A DNA stretch of 34,370 bases, taken from positions 1 through 34,370 of the forward strand of contig JAVECL010000228.1 of NCBI GenBank assembly GCA_051942245.1. The letters are read 5' to 3'. The notes under the pieces were generated by a model. It ran no database searches, had not been told where the DNA came from, and saw nothing but the letters and a program-made list of their open reading frames with translations. Shown here piece after piece: positions 22,370 to 32,678 of the stretch (positions within the stretch are counted from its first letter, which is position 1; each line of letters starts with the position of its first letter). The DNA is from Trypethelium eluteriae (Eukaryota). A program made the translations under genes and the position numbers.

Positions 22370-23253
22370 GATAGAGTGTTATCTCTCACCTCGAGCCGCT
22401 TGGTCCCTCTGTCAAGACACTGAACAATACTCGAATGTGCTGTCAACGGGCAGTGATATTTACAAGGTGATGGCTGGTGCAGTTCGGCGGTCATCGAGCG
22501 CCGTGTCCAACCAGATCCAGCTGAATATTTTATGCAATTTTATACAATTGCACTAGATAGTGCACGTACCGAACCCTAACAACCCACATGCAGCTAGACA
22601 GAGCAGTCGGTTCTAGCAATTAGGTTATATGTTGTTCTTGGCGATCTAACAGGAGATCCCACCCTCGACTCGCGGGTCATCTCGAGGAGCCCTGGGGAGT
22701 CAAGTTGGACAACGATGGATACTTACAAAGATTTATCGCTTAATTATCTCTGTATGCTAAATCTGGACTGTAGAAGGTAGCGGTTATGGTAATGCCTGCG
22801 ATTACTAGCAATATTCATACTATTCTAATGTTAAGGAAAAAATATTAAGAACTTACTTAATAATTCTACAAATTGACCTTGAGCCGGGGGTGCAAGAAGA
22901 AGTGTCGGTGCTACAATACTTTAGGCGGCTAACCTTCTAACCTCCTATACTCTAATGGAATTAGGGCGGAGGATTGCTCAATACATTCTTCGGTACATAC
23001 AAGAAGACGAGTTCATTATGATACTGAGGAAGAACCCATAGGATGTCCCTCAAATACCCTTTCTAGCTTTCTTTAATCAGGGAGGCTCCAACGATATTAA
23101 GCCTGATATGCCCCGCCGACATTTCCTATTGCAGCCCCTGATATTAAAATTCGAAAGCCTAAGTTTCTAAGTAGACGAAGATTGGAGCTAGTAGTATGAT
23201 AGTATGCTGGAAAAGTAGTGCTCCCAGGAATTATCAAGTCTTCAGACTGTACC

Positions 23254-26200
23254 TCAAGCAATAGTGTAGCTTGAAAGCAGCTTCACCATAGCCTCCTTTC
23301 TACACCATATCGCCCACCCAAGCGGCGTCCTGTTATCATTGTCCGTCGCGTCAACGTCAACCTCGCCGGTGTCAAGCAACAGCTTCACTGTCGCCTCATA
23401 CCCTCCCGCCGCCGCCCATGATAGGGGTGTCCGGCCGTTATCATCTTTTGCGTTAACATTGACTTTATTGGTGTTGAGCAGCAGCTTCACTGTTCCATTA
23501 TGCCCGTCCATCGCCGCCCATAATAAGGTTGTCCGGCCAATATTATCCTTTGCATTAACATCGACTTTATTAGTATCGAGTAGCAGCTTCACTATCACCT
23601 TATGCCCATGACTCGCCGCTAAAAACAGGGGTGTCCGGCCGAGATCATCCTTTACATTAACATCCACCTCGTTAGTGTCAAGCAGCAGCTTAACTATCGC
23701 ATCATGCCCATACATCACCGCCCATGATAAAGGCGTCCGGCTATTGTGCTTATCCCTCACGTCGATGTCGACCTTGCCAGTATCGAGCAGTAGCTTCACT
23801 ACAGCCTCGTGCCCATGCTGTGCCGCGTACAATAGAGGTGTCCGGTTATTGTACTTATCCCTTGCGTCGATTTCGACCTTTCCGGTGTCGAGCAGTAGCT
23901 TCACTAGTGCCTCGTGCCTGTTCCTCGCCGCCCATATCAGCGGCGTCCAGCCGTCGGTATCCTCCCCATTAACTTCGAGCTTACCGGCGTCGATTAGTGC
24001 CTGGAGAAGGCTCGTCTGTCCTTGCTTTGTCGCGAATTGTAGCAGATTTGCTCGATTTTCAGATGTTTTGGGGCCATCTATTGATCTTTCACGGACTGCT
24101 TTTACCACCAGCTTGTACTTGATTGACATTTTCTCCGAAATGGTCAGGATATGCTCTAGAAAAAAGGACTTCGCATAAGCATAAAACTGAAAATTATCAA
24201 TCGACTGCCGAGTGTTGGCATACTTCAAGCTCGCGAGCGTCTTTCTAACGTCGAGTTCGGGTACTCGTTTGGACTTTAGAAACTTTAATGCAAGTGCACG
24301 CCGGTTGCTGGAAGACTGCAGAGTTGCTGCAACGATTCGGGATGATGCTGATGCTAATTGCATTTGTGGAATAAAGTGCCTTGTCAATTGAGTTCCAAAA
24401 ACTCCGTAGTTCAGGTAAGTAGCGATAGTATTCACCATTGTGCTGTTCGCATATTCTATTGAGCAGTCGAACCCGACCATTTGTTCGATTCCACTGAAGA
24501 GAAACTGTTGGATACTGTGGTGCCCGAGCCGCACCGTCTGTTCCTCTTCATCGACGATGATCAGGCTTCCGCAGCAAGCCAACACCGGCATTACATCGTT
24601 GAGAAGTCTCTCCGGTCTCCAAACTGTATCGCCAGGGACCACGCTCAGGGCTTCACGAAGTTCCTCGGTTGTCAAGGGTCGATGCGCAGCAATAATGAGC
24701 TCAAGTATCCGCTTCTGATCGTATTTTATATCATCCGCACCATCTCGTGATTGTCGCAGAATACGAGCAAAAGTGTCTGGCAAGTCCTTAGGGAGATTAT
24801 TGAGAGCGTGACGAATAGCATCATCTGTTCTAAGGGCGCACAGGGTGTCAAGCTGAAGAGCAGCCCAAAGAAACATGCCTTGAGATCGTCCTACAAGGGC
24901 GTCGTATATCTCTAGGCTCAAGCTCGGATCACCCAGATTTAACTTTCCAGACTTAATGCGACACTCCAGCTCAGATTCAATAAACTGTTCGATTTCGGGA
25001 TTGTCTTCAGGAATCAGAATCATGTTCGTGTTCAGAAAACGCTGCTTCTGCGCATCTAGAGTATCCAGATTGCCCGGTTCTAGTCGAAGCGAAATGCAAA
25101 GGTGGAAATCAAAATGCTTCTGGAGCTCGCAAAGGTATTTCATCAAGACTGTTCTCTCATTTGTTTTGCATTCATCAAGACCATCGAGTACGAAGTAGGC
25201 CTTGCTGGCGGGGGAAACGAAACGCGAAAGCAAATCAAATAGATTCTCCACATCAAGACTGGGCAAATTCTCGTCTAGATACTCGGCTACCTCTCCAAGG
25301 TCGGAAATGTGCCGGAGTAACTGTCGTGCAAGAGAACCGATAACTGTCTGAGCTTTCAAGCTCTCTTTTATGTCGTGCCGGCAAAAAAAGAAGGCAACGG
25401 GAGTATTCTTTCCTTGTGTAGGCATGCTGAGGTCGCCCACTATGTCTGCAAGCAAGACAGACTTGCCGGAGCCCAGCTTGCCGGCGCACATAAGAGCACT
25501 GGAGTTGGGCTGACATTTCCATTTCTCGTACTCAACACGCTCACGGTAGAGTGTTGTGCTACCCAGTTTTCGTATCTGCTTCCAAGTTGTCTCGTGATCG
25601 TACATGGAGCATGAGTTCAGAACTCGTAGCTTCGTACTTAGTTTTCGTCGCCGTAAATTAGATTCGCCGTTGCGAGCAGTGAAGCTCCTCATTTGCCTCA
25701 TCCCGTGAACGTCCTTTGCCATGAGTAGATTGACTTCCTCTTTGATTATTTTTTCCCACTGCTCAAGCTGGGACCGGAAGGTGTTCAAATTTGAATCATC
25801 GAGAGTAGATACGAAGTTCTTAAGAAGCGAATTTTGTGTTAAACGTAATAGACGACGACACAAGTGGACCACAATAATGTAGTACTCTGTGAGAGATGAC
25901 TGGAGGCTTTTGGAGTGTGAATAGAGCAAAGCCATACTCTGATACCGTGGAGCGGAGCGCCCGATTTGCATAATGAACATCGAGATTCTTTCAAGGTATT
26001 TTCCATGTGCGGCAATTGCCTAGGTAAAGGTCATTAGGAGCCACTATGAGAAGAGGGGAGGGACTGACGAGTAGCGACATTCGTACCAAGGTCCACTGAA
26101 GCCAAGTCAGATACAGTTGCAAGCATTTCTCGCATTGTCTGCTCTTACAACACTGCAGGCAATAATATTCTGGGAGCCTCCGACCATGACATCGCCAACT

Positions 26201-26472
26201 GCAGCAAAATGTTGAATGGCGTGGAGGAAGTTGGTTATCCGGGGCCCAAAGCATCTATTGGTTTTCTTCTGATATCTATTGTCAATCTCGGCCGTGAGTC
26301 GCAAGACATCATGTTGACCTGGTGGAGACTTTGCCAATAGAGATTTCTCGGCTCGGAAGATGACTCTCTGTTCGTTGGTGAGGTCCGCCTCATACTGTGA
26401 AATAGCCTGCTGAAGACGAATTTCCGGTTTCAAGGGTGCCGCATTCAGAAGAGATTTAGTTATATTCGCCAT
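23254..26472 (-). CDS. Fungal NLR-like STAND protein: N-terminal helical domain, NACHT NTPase, ankyrin repeats (about 1038 aa); exons 26472-26149, 26095-26069, 26019-23254
   Basis: Walker A GKLGSGKS, Walker B YFVLDGLDEC, SQGMFLWAALQL, LPKDLPDTFARIL, AHRPLTTEELREAL; about 8 C-terminal ankyrin repeats; two introns join the upstream ORFs in frame. Confidence 0.92.
23270..24045 (-). repeat. Tandem ankyrin-coding repeats, units of about 102-105 nt, high internal similarity
   Basis: Repeated TPLxxAAxxGHxxxVKLLLDTxxVDxxxxD units with recurring DNA words (agcagcttcact, gtccgg on the + strand). Confidence 0.9.
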
Positions 26473-27304
26473 TCTGCGATAATATGTGAATGAAGGAATA
26501 GGATCAAGCTTTCAAGCGAACAAGAAAGAAGGCAAGGCGAGGTTGAAGCATGCAAGGCTGACATCTATCTCGCGGTGCCATCCGCACCCAATCAACAAGC
26601 AGCATGTTGAGCCTCGGATTCTGCCTTATGCAGAGACACGGTCTCGCCTCTGGTGATGGCGTGGAGACTCAGGAGTACTGTATAAGACACTTCCGAGTTT
26701 TCCTCAGGCGTATTCATGCCTATTGTACTACATAGTAGAGAGACAGTAACGGTCGGCGGATTGCGTCCCTCTGTTCAATCATTGCGCCAAAAGTGCTAGG
26801 CTATTCCATAGTCTAGGCACATTGAGAAGAATGCTTTGCGTCAGCCAGTCGGTCCAATGTCGCGCTGGGGGAGGGCAAGAGGTAAGAGGCAACTCCAGGT
26901 AACAAATAGAGTGTCTGGCAAACACAATTGCTGGGTTGAAGCTCTGGCCCATGCCCAAGGCTGGGTAAATGTCACTGTACGGACTACGAGCGAGCGTTCG
27001 TACGCTTGTATCACGTCACAAGTATTCGGTCATGAGGGGAAAGAAGTATTAGCAGGCTCTGGATGCTGGTGCCAAGGACTGGACAACAGGGAGTTTGTAA
27101 CGCTAGACCTTTGATGGCTTCCCCGCAATCCGCTAATTAAACATCTGTAACTTTCCGTCGGATTGGCCCGCTCGGCCAATCTCAACTGTAGTAGGTAGGC
27201 ACGGAGAAGCCTTCACTCAGCAGTCTTGTCACCAACGCCCACTTCCCAACCCGCTCGAGGACAACCTCCGCCTGACACCAAGACCTCACTCCTCCATAGC
27301 CATC

Positions 27305-28481
27305 ATGGCCAATCTTGTCAGGCGAGGTGTCTTCGCCATTCGCGCTCGTCCCCTTTTCCCAGATGTCAGTGCTAGGAGCTTCGCATCCTCATCGTACCTG
27401 TCGAACCCCGCAAAAGCTCCCGCACTGGCGGACGTCATGCCAGATGGAGGCCCAACCTTTGACGCCAAGCAGAGAGAGTTTCGAGACAAGCTAATTGCAG
27501 CTCAGAAGCAGAAGGAACAGCAAGAAAGTAATTATTAGCCACCCTCCCAAACCCAGATTCTCCCGTCTAGTTGCCATTGAAGCTTCTAGACTGTCGTAGA
27601 CTGACGAGTTACTATAGGGGAAGCAGCACGTGCTCGTGATAAACAAGACGGCAAAGAGAGAAAAGGTCCATTATCTTCATTGATCTACGGCACCCAAGAA
27701 GGTAAAGAGCTGGACCGCGACATTGAACGATCCTTCTCGCAAGTCCTTGCAAGAGGCAAATACGTTCACTCGATTGTCTTTCATGAAGTGAAGCCGGAGA
27801 AAGTGGATGATTATGTGGAGTTGGTCGGCCATTGGTATCCCAAGATCGCGTCCGTGCCAGAGCACAAGGTTCATCTCGTGGGTAGCTGGAGGACCGAGGT
27901 GGGCGATTGCGATACATTTGGTAAGCCGACGCATTTGTGTGCTTCCATTATCTCGCGAGGCCTCATTCATGGCTGACCGCGTCGATATTGAAACAGTGCA
28001 CATCTGGGAATACCAAAGATACCATGGCTATCACGACTCATTACACACAATTCACTCCTTACCCGAGTTCGCAGACTACGACCACAAACTCAAGCCCATG
28101 CTCTACTCGAAGCGAACTTCGCTCATGCAAGAATTCTCCTTCTGGCCTACCACCCCACCGCGACAGCTCGGTGGGGTCTTCGAGCTCCGCTCCTACACCT
28201 TGCACCCTGGTAGACTACTGGAATGGGAGACACATTGGCGAACAGGGCTCAAGGCACGCCGAGAGGTCATGGAGGGCGTCGGTGCTTGGTTCGTGCAGAT
28301 TGGAGATCTGAATACGGTTCACCATCTATGGCAATTTGCCAATCTGGAGGAAAGGAGGGCAAGGAGAGAGCAGAGCTGGGGCGTAGAGGGATGGGGCGAC
28401 ACCGTGCATAAGACAGTGCCTTTGATTCAGACCATGAAGAGCAGGATATTGGTGCCAATGCCTTGGTCACCCGTCGGCTGA
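27305..28481 (+). CDS. NIPSNAP family mitochondrial protein; exons 27305-27527, 27618-27920, 27997-28481
   Basis: Arg-rich presequence; LVGSWRTEVGDCDTFVHIWEY; FELRSYTLHPGRLLEWETHW; GAWFVQIGDLNTVHHLWQF..RREQSW. Confidence 0.92.
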
Positions 28482-28702
28482 AGGGTTCAGTTATCAGTGG
28501 TGGTACGTGCATGTGTCGCGTGCGTAAAGCAGAAGTGTCTTGAGCGATGGCCGATTTTCAAGTCAAAGGTGGATCATTTATTTGTTCCTTTACTTGATAC
28601 TGGAATGTAGAAAATTATCAATATTGACCGACCTGGCCAAGAAATTCAAATGATTGATTGGATTGGTCAGGGGTTTCCAAATTTGGTGCTTCCGAGAACG
28701 CG

Positions 28703-28711
28703 TTTCACATG
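28703..28711 (+). promoter_or_regulatory. ICRE/UAS-INO-like bHLH element TTTCACATG
   Basis: Matches the core of the yeast Ino2/Ino4 site (CATGTGAAA on the reverse strand), about 165 nt upstream of a phospholipid synthesis gene. Confidence 0.3.
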
Positions 28712-28875
28712 TCATGGCGCGTGCTCCTTGCCCGAATCAAGGAACAACCAAAACTTGTCCCTTTCGATTTCGAATGGGATCGTCAGCATTCTCATTTCAT
28801 GCGCTATTCACCCTTTCTTTCAATCATCTTAAGGCTATTACTGATTACTGAGTACTTCTACAGTATCTTGTCAAA

Positions 28876-30435
28876 ATGGTATATATCCGGCAAAGCCAGC
28901 TCCCAAGGTTAAAGGAGTACAAATATTCCGGAGTGGATCACAGCTTGATCTCGAGATACATCCTCAAACCTTTCTATACAAAGTTTGTGATAAATTGCTT
29001 TCCCATGTGGATGGCGTGAGTGTGCACTTCAACTGATATCCTGAACCTCTACAATTGCTGACCAGCCACGTGTCAGACCCAATGTGGTAAGCACTACGCG
29101 ACTCCCCAGAAAACTCTGTGATGAAGTCGACCTAAAGAGCGCATTCCGTCTAGATTACACTTTCTGGCTTTTCATTCGTAGTCATCAACTTCTTGACTTT
29201 ACTCTGGTACTGCCCGACTCTCGACCAGAACTGCCCGCCATGGGTATATGGGAGCTGGGCAATTGGGCTCTTCCTGTACCAGACCTTCGACGCCATCGAT
29301 GGCACTCAAGCGTGCGTGGTTCAACTTCCAAATGAGCAAAATGTAATGACAAGGCTCCAGGCGACGTACTCGTCAAGGCGGACCACTTGGTGAATTGTTT
29401 GACCATGGTAAGTCATCACGCGATCCCATCGAAGACTCGGAACTCAGGGATTCTAAACAGGTGTGGATGCACTCAACACGGTACTGGAGGTTCTCCTCTT
29501 TGCAGCAGCAATGAATCTTGGCCAAGGCTGGAAAACGGTAGCGACTTTGTTTGCTTGTAAGCGATCGCATGCGTAGATGAAAGTCCAAGCTTACACAGTC
29601 TGCCAGCGCTGCTTACCTTCTACGTGCAGACGTGGGATGAATACCACACGCATACACTTACCCTCGGCCTTATCTCAGGCCCGGTCGAAGGAATCTTGAC
29701 TCTCTGTGTCGTCTATGCCATCACCGCTTTCCTTGGCGGCGGAAGCTTTTGGCAACAGTCCATGCTCGGCTCGCTTGGCATTGAACATCATGCATTCATC
29801 CCGGATATGCTGTATGAGCTTGCCTGGAATGAATGGTACATGGTGTACGGAGGAGTCGTCCTTGTATTCAGCACGGTGTCCAGGTAGGGCCTGGTATGCT
29901 TTGGTCTATTCCGAGCTAACATTGACACCGCAGTGCGATCAACGTCACCAATGAGCTCCGAAAACGAGGACGATCTCCTGCCCCTGCTCTCGTCCAACTG
30001 CTTCCGTTCTTCGGTAGATGGGTCGTGATCGTTGCTTACTTATACCTGCAGCCGGTCATTCTCAAGGGACATCTTATCCCATTTGTCATGTTCGTCGGTC
30101 TGCTCCACGCGTATTCTGTCGGCCAGATGATTGTTGCACACATGCTCAAGAGCGAGTTTCCCTTCGAGAATGTGATCACCTGGCCCCTCATAGCTGGTGT
30201 CTTTGATAGTTTGGGACCATGGCTCCAACTTCACACTGGTTTTGGTTGGCCGAGTGCTTTGGGAAACAACGTTTACCAAGTCGCGTTCGTGTTCCTCTCC
30301 TTGGGACTGGGAATTGGCGTCTATGGGAGTTTCGCGATGGATGTGATCATCACTATTTGTGATTACTTGGATATATGGTGTCTCACCATTAAGCATCCAT
30401 ATTGCGAGATTGGGGAGTCCAAAAAGCTTTATTAG
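28876..30435 (+). CDS. Diacylglycerol choline/ethanolamine phosphotransferase (CPT1/EPT1-like); exons 28876-29015, 29077-29086, 29154-29311, 29361-29407, 29461-29556, 29607-29883, 29934-30435
   Basis: LKEYKYSGVDHSLISRYILKPFY, WMAPNVITLSG, CDP-alcohol phosphotransferase motif [47 protein letters not shown]. Confidence 0.93.
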
Positions 30436-30816
30436 AAGGATGGCTTTTCCTTCTGTTGTGTTTAATCGAGATACCCACAAGAAGTCTGGCGAAGAAGCGT
30501 GGTTGCATCTTGGATACTGTCTTGACTTCATTATCTTTTGGAAAGGTGTAGCATCAACTGACACGTTGTATGAAAATGGGATAAAGGACAGTCCTAGGGG
30601 TGAGCTAGCAACGAAGCCCAGAAACGGGCCACATTGTAAAGGTGCCCGCAGTGACCCAGAAATGGGCCATCTCGTGATATGTTTCAGAATTGAACTAGTC
30701 ATCCAAGGTCAGCTCCCCTATAGGCATAACACTTCGCGACTCCCGAGATCACCCAAGCCTCCAGCTTGTGAATTCCATGGCGAGGTTTTCATGTGGCCTC
30801 TTTAGCAAGCCTCCGC

Positions 30817-31904
30817 CTACCGAGCAGACCGACCATTGGTATCGTCACTCTCCTTGGCATTTCGTTCCACAACGTTTAAATCTACAGACACACCTTTCTT
30901 TTCATCCGCCCAGAGTGGTTGAGAATTGAATCCAAACTGGATGATCTCTGGGCGTTGATAGTGGCCAGCAGCATCGATCCACACTTTCACTTGGCCAAGC
31001 TGCGACATATCGACCTCGGCCTCGACAAGCTTTTCCTCTGTCCCTGTGTGCGGACCGGCTAAATAGGCACAGAAGGGATGCAAAACTGATGACCAGCCGC
31101 CTCCTGCCTTCACCAAATCCTGCTCTCCGAGGTTCTCCTTCATCCAATTCAGACAGGTGTCATCGACATAATTAGAGGCTGTGATAACAAACACCTGGGC
31201 GGTAAGAGCATGTGCTTTCATGAGTGCTTCAATCTGCGCATCGGCGATATTCTCAAAGCCTGCCATGGTTGAGAGAGCCGGCCAGGCGCCTGCATGAATG
31301 TGCTGCCCTTGAGTAATCAATGCTTGACGGGCGCCATTCATCGTATGCTCCCAGCAAGCCAGACCGCCGAGGTTATAGCCCAGCGAGAGCGGCCATGTTC
31401 GCAGTGAGTGACCACCTCCCTGAGCCCACACGTACCGCTCGGCAAATGTCGGCTGCAACTTTCGATGCACTCCAAGAACGGACCCGTCGCTATCGATGAT
31501 CACTTGAGAATTGAACAGCGTCCACCCATCAGAAATGCGCTCCGAGATGCCTAGGTTGATCGAGACCGCGCCGGCTTTGCAGGCAGCCTGGATGGCGCTG
31601 AGATCTTTATCGACGACAACGCTTTCCTCCGCATACTTAGCAAGAGCCTCCACTTGTTTAAGAGGTGGATAGCATTCGGTCCAATACTATTACAGACGTT
31701 AGGATTGCCGCTGGGGCTGCAGAGGGATGGGAGCCGCCCTACCGGGTATCCTGGAATAAAAGTTTCAGGAAAGACTAGGAGCTTGATAGATTCATTCGCA
31801 GCCTGCTCGATCAGGGAGATGACTTTCTTAATAGTGGCGGCCTTGTTCATAAAGATTGGAGCCGCATGGGCCGCCGCAACTTTGAACACTGACGTTGTAG
31901 CCAT
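30817..31904 (-). CDS. Nitrilase (carbon-nitrogen hydrolase branch 1); exons 31904-31743, 31686-30817
   Basis: Catalytic triad motifs VFPETFIPGYP (Glu), HRKLQPTFAER (Lys), GGLACWEH (Cys); C-terminal DAAGHYQRPE. Confidence 0.92.
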
Positions 31905-32678
31905 GGTGGTCAGCTGTTTGGGAGGATGGGGTGAACGTCACATACGACCGAGTCGTGGCATACACAATAGATTCTCGCGCACTTATCAACGGGGAAGGGA
32001 AGAAAGAAAAAGAAGGGAAATGAGCAGGTCCCAGATCTGGGCCATTAGTAGGATATAAGTCCAACTTAAGGCCAGTCGCACCAGTGGGGTGATAAATGTA
32101 GTATTGGCTAGACGCAAACCCCGCTTCCTCGATTTGGTGCTATTGACTAGGTACTTCTAAATCCTCTAGCAGTTTCTGAGATATTATTCTGTAATATCAT
32201 AGTATGTACGTTTGTTAGATGTCTGTAGGAGTGAAAAAAAAATCAATAAACCGTGTTGAAGGTAGTGGAGATGGGTCTGGCGATAGAGTAACCGATATCT
32301 CATTTGCTGCATCACCCCTTGGTGATCGTGGCTCATTTTCGACCTGGGTGAGAACAGCGCAAAGGCAAGCTCGGTTGGTACAACCATAGCTCAGGGAAGC
32401 TTAGTCGAAGCTCGGATAGAAGAAGTGGACTTTAGTGAAGTGGTGTGGTTTGTATAGGCCGAGAAATATGCAAAAATTATTGGCGGCGGAGGCGATTCGG
32501 ACATCGAAAGTCGAGCTCCCAACGCCCCGTTCGCCTCTAATCACTCACTCTACGCCCAGTCCCTAAGCTCCCCTGCACCATCCACAAGTTTCTGAACAAA
32601 AACCTGCGTCATATCTCTCCGTTGAACGACTTAGAAACCGCTTCAAACTGTCCATTTGCTCCACCTACGGTCGCCACG

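Noticed and set aside
23270..24045. Regularly spaced repeats as a CRISPR-like array
   Set aside because: They are in-frame ankyrin-coding units in a eukaryotic gene.
26836..27114. 92-aa intergenic ORF between the NLR and NIPSNAP as a possible NLR effector
   Set aside because: TTG start, no amyloid or HeLo-like character, no coding signal.
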